The position numbers and the translations under genes were made by a program. A DNA stretch of 64,000 bases from a virus: IMG/VR virus record IMGVR_UViG_3300031088_000737, positions 96,001-160,000 of that record, one strand, 5' to 3'. Below are positions 10,144-20,382 of the stretch, piece after piece; the stretch's first letter is position 1; every line of letters starts with the position of its first letter. Under the pieces are notes generated by a model. It searched no databases and was not told where the DNA came from. It saw only the letters and a program-made list of their open reading frames with translations.

Positions 10144-10947
10144 TCAAATCGTGTTCATGTCTATGACAATGAGGTAATTTAATTTTTCTTCTAACGTCAT
10201 GGCCGCAATCTCTTCTTTTTTCATTTTAAGTTTTCTTTTCAAAACACTTTCAAAATGTTCTTCTAAGATCTTTGCAAAACGAATCTTTTCTTTTTCCAAA
10301 TGTTCTTTTTGAGCCACTTCTTGTGATGGGTGTAAATTTAGTTTTACCAAAAAATCATAAGATGAACTATAAGGCAACGATATACTGACAATCGGTTGAA
10401 TATCAAGACTCTCAGAAAGATAAAAGTTGTTATGAATTTTTGCCACTTTCTTTTTCAAGTTATCAGCAGACGATCTTTTGTCCGTCATCATGGGAGAAAA
10501 CGATATTTTTGTTAAATGTTTTTGTTCACTCTTGGCAACTTTTCTTACGGTTGTGTATAATTCTTCAAGTTTTGTGTGCTTTAATTCGGTAATTTCTTTG
10601 TAGAAACCAAACTTGTGACCAATTTTATAAAGAGATTGAACGGTATCATGAATAGCTTGATAATTATAGTTTTGGGCATTAAAAAAGTCTGTTAATATGT
10701 CTTCTTTTATGTCATTACCAATTATTTCACACATATATGGATATGATTGTCCATAAAACTTGGCTCTATTTGAACGGTAAAAGTTAAATTGTAAGCTAGT
10801 GCTGGTAGGTTCTCCTTTGCGTTTGTAGATACTTTTAATATTTGTCATTATAAAATCACCTTCTGTTTGAACAATTTCATTTTCAGAAGGCAATAAATTT
10901 TGGGTCATTTTATTAAAAGCATTTAAGTAAATTGTTAATTCATTCAT
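10144..10947 (-). CDS. Tandem paralog family A, member 3
   Basis: AQNYNYQ and QPIVSISLPY..HPS motifs; ends MTLEEKLNYLIVIDMNTI. Start chosen by the SD GAGG. Confidence 0.75.
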   Translation of the reverse strand: MNELTIYLNAFNKMTQNLLPSENEIVQTEGDFIMTNIKSIYKRKGEPTSTSLQFNFYRSNRAKFYGQSYPYMCEIIGNDIKEDILTDFFNAQNYNYQAIHDTVQSLYKIGHKFGFYKEITELKHTKLEELYTTVRKVAKSEQKHLTKISFSPMMTDKRSSADNLKKKVAKIHNNFYLSESLDIQPIVSISLPYSSSYDFLVKLNLHPSQEVAQKEHLEKEKIRFAKILEEHFESVLKRKLKMKKEEIAAMTLEEKLNYLIVIDMNTI

Positions 10948-11001
10948 TTTACAAACCTCTTTCGTGAGGTCTATTATATCAAAAAAAAGAACTTTAATCA
11001 A

Positions 11002-11790
11002 CTAAATTGAATTCATTTCAAGTATCGGAATGTAATTTAATTTTTCTTCTAATGTTAATCGAAAAATTTCATCTCTGGTTAACTTCATTCGTTTGTTTAA
11101 TAAGAAATCTAAATGATCTTCTAACAATTTTTTAAAATCATTAATTTGCAATTCTAAATTTTCTAATTGACTTTCTTTTTGAGATGGATGTAAATAAATT
11201 TTCACCATGAAACTAGATGATGAGCAATAAGGAATTGTTAAATAAAGAATAGGATGTATCTCGTTATCATCACTTACAAAAAATTCAACACGATGACTGG
11301 CAACCTTATTGAGTGGTTTGCCATCATTTCTAGGCTTTAAAAAACTAGCTAAATTTAATTTGCTTACATTTTTTACAGTAATTCGTGGTTCATCAAAGCC
11401 ATAGTCAAAGCTATCATGTAGTTTAATATTTTTTATTTCTTGCATATTGTTAAAGAAACTAAATGATTGACCTACTTTAAAGCAATCGACCATTGCTTTT
11501 TCAACTAATTCGTAATTGTAGTTTTGAGCTTCAAAAATGTCTTTTAATAGTTCATAAGGCACATCTCTTGTTCGTATCTGACAATGAGTGTCGTAACTTT
11601 CTTGACTAGTCTTCTTGTCAGGATAAAAGCTAACATTTATATAGTAGTTAAATTTTGATTTGTCTTCTGGTTCATTGACACTGACAAATTCATGTTGAAC
11701 CCCATGTTGTCGATAAATGACACGATTTTCTGGTGTTTGTTTGACTATTAATTTATTAAAAGCTTCTTTGTACCTATCTTCTTTGTTCAT
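11002..11790 (-). CDS. Tandem paralog family A, member 2
   Basis: AQNYNYE and HPILYLTIPY..HPS motifs; ends LTLEEKLNYIPILEMNSI. Confidence 0.75.
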   Translation of the reverse strand: MNKEDRYKEAFNKLIVKQTPENRVIYRQHGVQHEFVSVNEPEDKSKFNYYINVSFYPDKKTSQESYDTHCQIRTRDVPYELLKDIFEAQNYNYELVEKAMVDCFKVGQSFSFFNNMQEIKNIKLHDSFDYGFDEPRITVKNVSKLNLASFLKPRNDGKPLNKVASHRVEFFVSDDNEIHPILYLTIPYCSSSSFMVKIYLHPSQKESQLENLELQINDFKKLLEDHLDFLLNKRMKLTRDEIFRLTLEEKLNYIPILEMNSI

Positions 11791-11813
11791 TTTGACTCCA
11801 TATTCTCATTTAT

Positions 11814-12623
11814 TTAAAATTTTACCATTTCTACTAACGGTAGATAACTCATTTTTTCTTCTAAGGTTAATTTCAGTATATCTGCTTTTTTGAGTTTGAG
11901 CGATTTATTTAAAAGGATGTCGATATGTTCAGTGAGTAATACTTTGAAATCATTTAGTATTGAAGGTATCGTATTAATCATTTCTTCTTTTTTTGATGGA
12001 TGTAAATTGATTGAAACCATCATATATTTGTTCATTGTATAAGGTATAGATAAACTCAATACCGGGTGAAGTCTATTATCTTCTGACAATTTAAATTCAA
12101 GACGATAAACAAGTGTTTTTTTCTTTTCATTACCATTGGGTGTTTTTGTAGCAATAACAGTTGAAAGCGATATCTTTGTTGCCGTTTTTATTGATTCTGA
12201 TATGTAATAGAACCCGTGGCTATAACTGTCACTTATTTTAAAATCATGAACAGGTGTGAATGTCGTAAAAAATTTAAATTCTTGGCCTATTTTTATCAAG
12301 TTCATTAACACTTGTTGAACTAATTCATAATTGTAAGTATTGTTACTGAATATTTTAGTTATGTCCTCACTTGGCATATTTTGAAGCTGAAATTTACAAG
12401 AAGTATCATAATACGTTTCACCGACTTTCTCTAATTTAGCATGCTGAGTAAATACGCATGAAATCGCTTTACGATCAGGTAAGTTGTCATTTTTGACAAG
12501 ATGTATCAAACTATCAGAGTTATCCATAGAATTCTCAATCCTTGTATAAACAGGATTTATCATTTTTCCTAAGAAATGATGAAAAGCTTTTTTGTATCTT
12601 TTTTCTTTATCAAAATGTATCAT
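11814..12623 (-). CDS. Tandem paralog family A, member 1
   Basis: TYNYE and HPVLSLSIPY..HPS motifs; ends LTLEEKMSYLPLVEMVKF. Confidence 0.75.
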   Translation of the reverse strand: MIHFDKEKRYKKAFHHFLGKMINPVYTRIENSMDNSDSLIHLVKNDNLPDRKAISCVFTQHAKLEKVGETYYDTSCKFQLQNMPSEDITKIFSNNTYNYELVQQVLMNLIKIGQEFKFFTTFTPVHDFKISDSYSHGFYYISESIKTATKISLSTVIATKTPNGNEKKKTLVYRLEFKLSEDNRLHPVLSLSIPYTMNKYMMVSINLHPSKKEEMINTIPSILNDFKVLLTEHIDILLNKSLKLKKADILKLTLEEKMSYLPLVEMVKF

Positions 12624-12634
12624 TTAATAGTACC

Positions 12635-13198
12635 TTAAATTTTAACCATGTGAAAAAGTGCTAATTCTTCTTTTGTATATTTATTCAGTGGTTTTTCCAA
12701 AAAACCTTGCAACCTTTGAGAATAAAACTGTTCATGTACGGCATCTATTGTTTTATCTATTTTAGAAAGCATGCTGGGAGCAAACTGAAATTGAAAGGAT
12801 GCAGCAACTGTAGACACTTTTATTGTTGGGATAGCATATAATTTTTTAGAACGTTTATTGTAATAGAAATAAGTTTCCTTCAAATAAAAAACAACTTTTC
12901 TTTTATTTTCTATAATATTTTCATATTTGTCGATAAGATCTCTATTTTCATCGTAAGCTGCTAAAATAGCATCGTAAATCGATTTGTCAGCCGCTTCAAA
13001 AATCTTACGGTATTCATCACTCTCATGATCTCGACTAACGTACATGGTATTTCCATCATTAACCTTGGCAAAAAGTTTATGAGTACCAATATCAGTAGAT
13101 GGAAGACTTATTTCAAAATCTGTTTTGTTATTATAACTCACTTTTATTTTCGATTCATCTAACTCTAAAATATCAGTAATTTTTTCTACCAACGTCAT
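12635..13198 (-). CDS. Hypothetical protein with M-x-x-I tail
   Basis: SD AGGAG before the ATG at 13198; ends YTKEELALFHMVKI. Confidence 0.7.
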   Translation of the reverse strand: MTLVEKITDILELDESKIKVSYNNKTDFEISLPSTDIGTHKLFAKVNDGNTMYVSRDHESDEYRKIFEAADKSIYDAILAAYDENRDLIDKYENIIENKRKVVFYLKETYFYYNKRSKKLYAIPTIKVSTVAASFQFQFAPSMLSKIDKTIDAVHEQFYSQRLQGFLEKPLNKYTKEELALFHMVKI

Positions 13199-13451
13199 AA
13201 TTTTTCTCCTACATAATTTCAGGATTATACATGAACATAACATTTTTTGCAATGTTTTATTGACTTCACCGTGTTTTTTGCTTATAATTGAGATGTGCTT
13301 TATTGAGAGCGTGCTAAATAGGCGAGATGGCGAAACCGAACTGGTATCAATGATTATGTTTTCATTAATCAAACAACCCAACTTAATTGATCCTTAAAAT
13401 AAGTTGATTCCTATTTGTCGAATTATAACACTATTTTAATGGAGAATAATT

Positions 13452-14300
13452 ATGTCAAACATCAGTATCAATTCGAAAAATTTTAATCGCTATACCAAAA
13501 GACTTCAAAAAAATGCAGAAAAATATGGTCTAAAAATTACACTATCACAGGCTCAGGAATTGTTTTCTGAAACATTGGGAGCTGCTAACTATTTTGAAAT
13601 GCAAGCCATCCTTGAAAAAGAGTCGATTTCCAGAGAAGCTGAGTTTATTCAAAAATACAAAGAAATTATCAATAACGAAACAGCCATTGCAAAGTCTCGT
13701 ATCTATGTAGACTTTGGGAATATGATTATTGATATTGTCGGCTGGAATGAAGAGGAAGTTTATTCCATTTATTTTGGTAGCGAACGTATTGATAAATTAG
13801 ATGACTTTAAGCAAATAGGAATCCCGCTTGAAACATCAGAAAAATTAGTAAAATTATTCAATGAATATAATCCAGTAGGAAAATATGAAGGATTGTTGTT
13901 TGGTTCAAATGTTAGAAAAATTATGCAAGATGAAACAGGCAGTAATGACACGGTTTATTTTAAAAACAAGTTATTCGCTTATGAAAAAATGATTGATGGA
14001 TCTGTTTATTCAAAACGCTATATGGTTGTTACAGATCAGGGATTTAAGTCGATTGTAAAGAAACTCCATCCTTCAGGTGATTATTGCATCATGAAAAGTG
14101 ATAGATATCCGGGGTTTTCTGATGGTGATAAAGAGATTGCCTTACATCAGATAAAGAAAAATGATTCTATTGCTATTGAGTATTACCATGAGGTTGGTCA
14201 GGAGTATCCAAAGTGTTTACTTACACGTTTTTGGACATCTATTGATGGTGTAACACAAGAATATCAACCGGCTGATTATAAGCTTAATTTGCAGAGTTAA
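13452..14300 (+). CDS. Hypothetical protein with N-terminal helical (Glyoxalase_8-like) domain
   Basis: KRL......G.KITLSQAQEL....LG..NY pattern; strong SD GGAG. Confidence 0.5.
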   Translation: MSNISINSKNFNRYTKRLQKNAEKYGLKITLSQAQELFSETLGAANYFEMQAILEKESISREAEFIQKYKEIINNETAIAKSRIYVDFGNMIIDIVGWNEEEVYSIYFGSERIDKLDDFKQIGIPLETSEKLVKLFNEYNPVGKYEGLLFGSNVRKIMQDETGSNDTVYFKNKLFAYEKMIDGSVYSKRYMVVTDQGFKSIVKKLHPSGDYCIMKSDRYPGFSDGDKEIALHQIKKNDSIAIEYYHEVGQEYPKCLLTRFWTSIDGVTQEYQPADYKLNLQS

Positions 14301-14416
14301 TATCATAATTGTATAGTTATTGTTAGAAGATGACCACAAATCAACATAGAACAACCTTCGGGTTGTTTTTTTTTCGATTGGTGTTATTATGTCATCAGCC
14401 AACTATCGAGAAAATT

Positions 14417-14923
14417 ATGAAAACACTCACTTATTTTTTGGAAGACAGTTTAAACTTAGATAATATATTGATAGCCATCAACTCAGCTAATCAAGTGGTA
14501 TTTGTCAGTCTTGATAATACAAAAGAAGATAACATCTATAATTTGAAAAAAGAGTATCCTAATTTCAAAATAGAAGAAGGTATTCTTAATGATAATATGA
14601 GAGAAATATTTAACCACGTCAAAAACCCAGTTAGACCCCATTCAGTAGAAATACATATGGATGGTTCAGACTTTCAGATGGCTGTATGGAATGCGATTAT
14701 GAAAATACCCACTGGTAAAACTGCTAGTTATACTGAAATAGCTGAATCATTAGGTAAACCACAATCTGTTCGTGCTGTAGCAACTGCTTGTAGTAAAAAT
14801 AAGATAGCCGTATTAGTGCCTTGTCATAGAGTGGTCAGTAAGAGTGATAAGAATACAGGATATAGATGGGATGTGTTTAGAAAGAAAAGATTGTTGGATA
14901 TTGAAAAGGAAAAACAATTCTGA
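14417..14923 (+). CDS. ogt: Methylated-DNA--protein-cysteine methyltransferase (Ogt/AdaB-like)
   Basis: GSDFQ.AVW..I..IP.G.T.SY..IA, RAVATAC..N and the PCHRVV active site. Confidence 0.92.
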   Translation: MKTLTYFLEDSLNLDNILIAINSANQVVFVSLDNTKEDNIYNLKKEYPNFKIEEGILNDNMREIFNHVKNPVRPHSVEIHMDGSDFQMAVWNAIMKIPTGKTASYTEIAESLGKPQSVRAVATACSKNKIAVLVPCHRVVSKSDKNTGYRWDVFRKKRLLDIEKEKQF

Positions 14924-14931
14924 GGTGGGAT

Positions 14932-15132
14932 TTATACAAGTGATGAGCGTGCTGAGGCTTCCGATGAGTCTTTTCTCAAAGAAGCCTTATTAAAGGAGTT
15001 TTTACCTTCTCCACGTTTGGATTTAGCTTTTTTATCTTCTACAATACGAAGACCACAGTTACCCATTTCATGCATATATTTAGCAACGAAATTTCTTGAC
15101 TCTTGTGGCTGTTGATTCTTTTTCATTTTCAT
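14932..15132 (-). CDS. Small basic protein (RNFVAK motif; weak ArfA resemblance)
   Basis: SD AGGAG; K/R-rich segment RIVEDKKAKSKRGEGKNSF. Confidence 0.55.
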   Translation of the reverse strand: MKMKKNQQPQESRNFVAKYMHEMGNCGLRIVEDKKAKSKRGEGKNSFNKASLRKDSSEASARSSLV

Positions 15133-15270
15133 TTCACTACTCTCCTAGTTATTTCCCTATAATATCATAGTATTTAAAGAAAATAAAGCCTTTTAAGATC
15201 AAAATTATAAAAAAATAAGTTGCCTAAATTTTGTTCATGATTTATACTTCAGTTGATATGATTGGAGAGT

Positions 15271-16008
15271 ATGAAAAAAATGAATGTTAAATCATTAGTG
15301 CCTGCTTTTTACTTTAAGAATTACCATTCTTTTGTATTGCTCAATTCTATTATTTTTTTAATTTTATCAATTCCTTTCCCAACAGTTGATGATTGGTCAT
15401 TAAATGGAATGAGATATCTTTTAGACTATCCTATCATGTTCTTTCTAACACTGTTGGTTGTATCAAATATTGCACTGTATTCTAAAAGTTTTATATCTAA
15501 ATCTTATCCATCCATACAAGACAGCATGTCCGATTTTTTTAATGTTTATTGTGTCTATGTTGCCATTATTTTAAAAGTTATGTTTCAACTTGGATGTATT
15601 TCTTATTACCTTTATGAAAAAAACATGACAACATTTCCATCAGCAAAATGGATGTTGGGAACGATGGCTTTATTTTATTTCTTATCACTCCTGAGTATTG
15701 GGCATTTTGTCTTTCATTCAGTTAAAGGCACTTATAAAAGGTACAAAACACCAGCCCACAAGAACCACTGGATTATGGAATATCTCAATCCTAAGCAACT
15801 TCGAAAATTAAAAAACATTTCTAGCAATGGAAAAATCGTTTCTATTTATTTTAATGGATTTCTTCTAAATGAAGCTGATAACAGTGTTGTGATTAGACAA
15901 TATAAGCTCAAACTGAATGCATTTCGAGACTATATTACACTTAACAATTTAAAATTAGATGATTTGAATGATGACGAACTTAAAGTCATTGAAATGCTAG
16001 GTATATAA
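15271..16008 (+). CDS. Four-TM membrane protein, family B, EMLGI tail
   Basis: Hydrophobic helices followed by a soluble domain; ends LNDDELKVIEMLGI. Confidence 0.75.
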   Translation: MKKMNVKSLVPAFYFKNYHSFVLLNSIIFLILSIPFPTVDDWSLNGMRYLLDYPIMFFLTLLVVSNIALYSKSFISKSYPSIQDSMSDFFNVYCVYVAIILKVMFQLGCISYYLYEKNMTTFPSAKWMLGTMALFYFLSLLSIGHFVFHSVKGTYKRYKTPAHKNHWIMEYLNPKQLRKLKNISSNGKIVSIYFNGFLLNEADNSVVIRQYKLKLNAFRDYITLNNLKLDDLNDDELKVIEMLGI

Positions 16009-16024
16009 TTATGGAGTTTAAGTC

Positions 16025-16735
16025 ATGAGAGTTCAACTGGTTTTACCCACTATTTATATTTACAATTATCATGCTCTCAATATTGTAGCCTGTCTTTTGT
16101 TTCTTGGTCTGCAAGCGATTGTTGGCGATGATTATTTTGAAACGGTTTCATTTATTCAGCCGATTATTAAATATTCTCTAGTATTGTTACTGATTTTAAA
16201 CATTGTATTATTGATCAAGTCAATCCTTGTTAAAACGTATACCAGCCTTAATGAAAGTCAAAAGGATATCTATCAAATCATGAGTTTCATCATCATGATT
16301 TCATTTAAAGTGTGTATTATGGTATTAGTATTCTTTATGTGGCTTGGTGTCTTTGAAAAAGATTACATGAATATCACTGTTCATATTATTATAGGGTGTT
16401 TCTTTTTTATTTATTGTCTTTCATTTTTACTATTTTTATATTTTAGTATGATAGGTATTAAAAATAGAATAAATCATGTTAAAGTAAAAAATCATTGGAC
16501 TTTTGAGTTCATGAGTGAAAAACAAATAAGAAACGTTAAAACCTATCAAGAAGAAGGTAAGGTTATAGGTATTTATTTTAAAGGATTTCTGGTTAATGAA
16601 AAAGATAATGAGCTGACGCTCAATGGTAAGCCGCTTAATCTCAACTCATTCAAATTTTACATGAACAATAAAAAGTGCAAAATTGACGATTTAACCGATG
16701 AAGATATAGCCATTATCGAGATGTTAGGAATCTAA
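16025..16735 (+). CDS. Four-TM membrane protein, family B, EMLGI tail
   Basis: Paralog of the previous gene (NHW..E.....Q.R, IYF.GFL.NE.DN); ends LTDEDIAIIEMLGI. Confidence 0.75.
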   Translation: MRVQLVLPTIYIYNYHALNIVACLLFLGLQAIVGDDYFETVSFIQPIIKYSLVLLLILNIVLLIKSILVKTYTSLNESQKDIYQIMSFIIMISFKVCIMVLVFFMWLGVFEKDYMNITVHIIIGCFFFIYCLSFLLFLYFSMIGIKNRINHVKVKNHWTFEFMSEKQIRNVKTYQEEGKVIGIYFKGFLVNEKDNELTLNGKPLNLNSFKFYMNNKKCKIDDLTDEDIAIIEMLGI

Positions 16736-16747
16736 TGTAAGACTATC

Positions 16748-17659
16748 TTATTTTGGCTTTATATGTTTTTTTGGTAGAAAATGATCAATAGGATTTCCAT
16801 ACCCCATATGCTCTAATATATCAGGACATAAAAATGGAATGACTAAACCATCTACACTATTGGCAAGAGCTGTTCTTATAACTTTAAAATCCTTTCTCAA
16901 TCGTTCACTGGCTAAATGGAAATATTGTCCATCTTTTTGCAATATGGATAAAATGATTTGTTTATTATCTCTTGCTTCATCAGCTATGTAATAAACTGCT
17001 GATATATTATTGTTTATAGCTGCCTTAACTATTTTTTTATCGCTTCGTAATCGTGATGAAGCAAATTCTAATGCTTTTCCATGATTTTTGACTGCAGTTA
17101 AAACTACTTCATAGTCATCTTGCATTTCTTTACTAGCATATTGAAGATTTAATCCATTTGCTTTGACCGTCATCAACACAACATCTTTATCATTCTTTAA
17201 CTGATCAGAATAACCTTCTAATTGCCACACTTTTAATTTCAATAATAATTCTTTGTTGTTTGAATACTTTTCAGTCAAATGCACTAAGCATTCTGGTGAG
17301 TGTTTTAATGTCATGTGAACAATTTCATCATCATTTTTTAAGATGGTTGATAATTTTTCAAAAATATTATTGCTTAAATATCCTGTCTTTTTCATCGCTG
17401 CAAGCACAATATCTCTGTCAGCTAGAAACTTTTTGTTTGCAAATAAAAGATTGTCTCCATTTTGTGAAATAGCTTTCAATACTACATCTCTGTCAGCTTT
17501 CAATCGTTCGCTTACATCATTCAAGGATATATAGTTTTTATCAATAAGTTTTAAAACATCATCTTTAATGTCTAAATGCAATGCTATTTTTTTTCTGAAA
17601 AGATTGAAATCAATGGATTTATCTTTCCATTCTCTTATCACAATTTCGACACTATCCAT
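16748..17659 (-). CDS. DUF4116-type repeat protein
   Basis: Repeated D..(V/I)V..A(V/I)...G..L.(Y/F)AS..L..D units of about 25 aa. Confidence 0.8.
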   Translation of the reverse strand: MDSVEIVIREWKDKSIDFNLFRKKIALHLDIKDDVLKLIDKNYISLNDVSERLKADRDVVLKAISQNGDNLLFANKKFLADRDIVLAAMKKTGYLSNNIFEKLSTILKNDDEIVHMTLKHSPECLVHLTEKYSNNKELLLKLKVWQLEGYSDQLKNDKDVVLMTVKANGLNLQYASKEMQDDYEVVLTAVKNHGKALEFASSRLRSDKKIVKAAINNNISAVYYIADEARDNKQIILSILQKDGQYFHLASERLRKDFKVIRTALANSVDGLVIPFLCPDILEHMGYGNPIDHFLPKKHIKPK

Positions 17660-17757
17660 TTCACAACACCTTTATAATTTTTTCCAGTATATCAATTGTG
17701 TAATATTTAATCAATATTCAAGGTTGAAAAAAAGCCACTTTATAGTGGCTGTTCGTC

Positions 17758-20283
17758 TTATTGTTTCTCTACATCATTACAGCTTTTACATAACTCATTG
17801 TCGCATAGATGTTCAAAGTAATTCCAACAACGATCACATTTCTTAAAATCATGCTTGAATAACTCAGTTTTATGATATTTAACAACATTCACATTCCCCA
17901 GTAATACAGACAAGACGGTTTGTTGTTCCTTGTTCAAATCCTTGTCTAAGTAAAGTACCGTCTCATTGTTTTTAGACATTACTTTATTGGTTCTACCTTC
18001 TTCAAACAATTTATTCGCTACATCTCTTAGTTCTAAGACTTGATTAAAGCTGTTTTGATCAAAATCAACTACAACGTCATCCAATAACTCTTCCATAAAT
18101 ACACTTAACCCAGAGTAGCTGTTGAGACTTCTGTAGTATTCTTCTGTTGAATAAGGAAGGTAAGTAGACAATAAGACCATTAAATTATGTTGAACATAGT
18201 TTAAAACAGATTGCGTTAATCTTCTTCTTGGTGCGTCAGGAGCTAGACAATATAATCTGTCTTTGTTCGCTTCAAAGTAAAGCACGCTCAATCTATCACA
18301 AAAAGCATACAGAACGCTTAATGCTTCATTAAACTTGTATTCATCACCTAGTTTTAAAACGGTCTTTTTAAGCTCGTTTGTTTCATTGAGCACGTATTTA
18401 TCCAACAAGTCCATGTCTTGTGTGTTTAATACACTTTCGGGTGTGTAATCATATAAGTTTTGCAACATGAACCTGTAAGTGTTTCTAAACTTCTTATACA
18501 TTTCAGTTGCTGCTTGTAATGTGCTTTCTGAATAGGTCAATTCTTTATGATAGTCTTGGTTAAGACACCATAATCTTAATACATCAGGACTATGCTGTTT
18601 CAATAAGTCTTTCAAAGCGACATAATTACCTAATGACTTAGAAAACTTCATACCTTTCGCATCCACTACAAAGCCATGTGTGAATACTTGTTTGTAAGGT
18701 GCTTTATTATTTAAAGCAGTTGATGTCAACAAGGATGATTGAAACCATCCACGGTGTTGGTCAGAACCTTCCAAGTATAAATCAGATTGTGTGGTACCGT
18801 AGTTTCTTTTCATCACAGTCGTATGTGTCATTCCACTGTCAAACCAGACATCAAGTGTTTGAGCAGAGAAGTCATCAGTATAAAGTGATGATAATCCGTT
18901 ATGTTTAACAAAGGTGACCCACGTTCTATATTCAGCAAGAGCTTCTGGGGTTTTATCTTTGGGTAATGGCACGCCCCAAAGTCTGTTCCGTGAAACACAC
19001 CAACTGTTACGAGTAGACAACATGGATGACAATCTATTTTTACCATTGCTCGGGAAGAAAGTTACATGTTCTACTTCATCAAGAGCTTTTTCTTTCACAT
19101 TAGAAAGATCCATGAACCATTCTTTTGAAGCTTTAGAGAACAATGGAGACTTATGACGCCAGCAGTGTGGGTATTCATGTTCTAATTTGGTTAAATTGAA
19201 AACCAGTTGATCGCCTTGTAATTTCTGTAATACGAATGCGGCTGAATCTTTCAAATTCATACCTTGTAGCTCTGGAAAATCAACTGAATCATATTTACCA
19301 TAGTTATCCACATAACTATTAACGTCAAGATGATGAGTTTCGCCCAAATAAAAGTCATCTAGCCCAAAGGACGGAGCCACATGAACAAAACCAGTACCTG
19401 AGTTTTCAACAAAATCTGCTTGAAGTAAAGGTACCATTTTTTTACTGTATGGACTTTGAACATCGAGATTGTCTAATTCAACATCTGTAACGTATTCCAT
19501 TTCTGAACCAAGATCGTCATTTTTCAATCTGACATAATACTTATTATGGGCTTTATTGTAATACTTTGCATAAGTAAAACGTTTATTATACGCAACAGCT
19601 TGGTTGGCTGGTAAGGTATAAGGCGTTGTTGTCCATACAAGTAGATAAGTGTTATCATCCAGTTTGAATTCAACCGTTACGCTGTCGGATGTTTTGACTT
19701 TGTATTCGACCTCAGCTTCCGCTAAGGAAGACTGACAATCTTTACACCAATGAACAGGTCTAAATTTTTGATAGAGATATTCTTTTTCTAACAAACTAAG
19801 AACAGCTTCCATTTCCTCAGCTTCACGGAAGAATTCATTTGTTTTGTAAGACTTATCAAAATCAGCTAACATACCAAACTCTTTTAACTGGGATAATTGA
19901 TTAGCGACTTGTTCATTAGAATACTGGTAACACTGATTGAGGAATTCTTGTTTGTTAGTTTTACCACTATGCAATTTTTCAACGGCTAATTCAACAGGCA
20001 ATCCATGACAGTCAAATCCATTGTTAAAAGGAGCGTAGTAGCCATTGAGGCGTTTAAATTTTAAGACAGTATCTTTCAATACCTTGTTGGTAAAATGACC
20101 CAAATGCAGGTCACCGTTCGCATAGGGAGGCCCATCATGAAGCAAGAATAAAGGCTTATGACGTTGACTTTCTAAAAAGTCTTTCATTTCTTGGCTATTC
20201 CAGCAATCCATATAGCTGGATTTATCCAAAAACTTTTCGTTAAGGTTGAAACTGACTTTTTGCATGTTGAGTGTATATTTCAT
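17758..20283 (-). CDS. ileS: Isoleucyl-tRNA synthetase (bacterial IleRS1-type)
   Basis: DGPPYANGDLHLGH (HIGH) and KFSKSLGN (KMSKS). Editing-domain motifs WTTTPYTL and GTGFVHVAP, plus EGSDQHRGWF and a C-terminal CxxC...CxxC zinc finger. Confidence 0.96.
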   Translation of the reverse strand: MKYTLNMQKVSFNLNEKFLDKSSYMDCWNSQEMKDFLESQRHKPLFLLHDGPPYANGDLHLGHFTNKVLKDTVLKFKRLNGYYAPFNNGFDCHGLPVELAVEKLHSGKTNKQEFLNQCYQYSNEQVANQLSQLKEFGMLADFDKSYKTNEFFREAEEMEAVLSLLEKEYLYQKFRPVHWCKDCQSSLAEAEVEYKVKTSDSVTVEFKLDDNTYLLVWTTTPYTLPANQAVAYNKRFTYAKYYNKAHNKYYVRLKNDDLGSEMEYVTDVELDNLDVQSPYSKKMVPLLQADFVENSGTGFVHVAPSFGLDDFYLGETHHLDVNSYVDNYGKYDSVDFPELQGMNLKDSAAFVLQKLQGDQLVFNLTKLEHEYPHCWRHKSPLFSKASKEWFMDLSNVKEKALDEVEHVTFFPSNGKNRLSSMLSTRNSWCVSRNRLWGVPLPKDKTPEALAEYRTWVTFVKHNGLSSLYTDDFSAQTLDVWFDSGMTHTTVMKRNYGTTQSDLYLEGSDQHRGWFQSSLLTSTALNNKAPYKQVFTHGFVVDAKGMKFSKSLGNYVALKDLLKQHSPDVLRLWCLNQDYHKELTYSESTLQAATEMYKKFRNTYRFMLQNLYDYTPESVLNTQDMDLLDKYVLNETNELKKTVLKLGDEYKFNEALSVLYAFCDRLSVLYFEANKDRLYCLAPDAPRRRLTQSVLNYVQHNLMVLLSTYLPYSTEEYYRSLNSYSGLSVFMEELLDDVVVDFDQNSFNQVLELRDVANKLFEEGRTNKVMSKNNETVLYLDKDLNKEQQTVLSVLLGNVNVVKYHKTELFKHDFKKCDRCWNYFEHLCDNELCKSCNDVEKQ

Positions 20284-20326
20284 TTTGAATCTCCTAGATT
20301 GAGTAATTTAATTTATTTTCGGCAAT

Positions 20327-20360
20327 AAAAAAAGGCACTTGGTTTTGACCGAGTGCCTTT
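20327..20360 (-). terminator. Attenuator terminator upstream of ileS
   Basis: Minus strand AAAGGCACT-CGGTCAAAACCA-AGTGCCTTT followed by a T-run, about 45 nt before the ileS start. Confidence 0.85.
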
Positions 20361-20382
20361 GAATTAACAACAACTTATCCTG

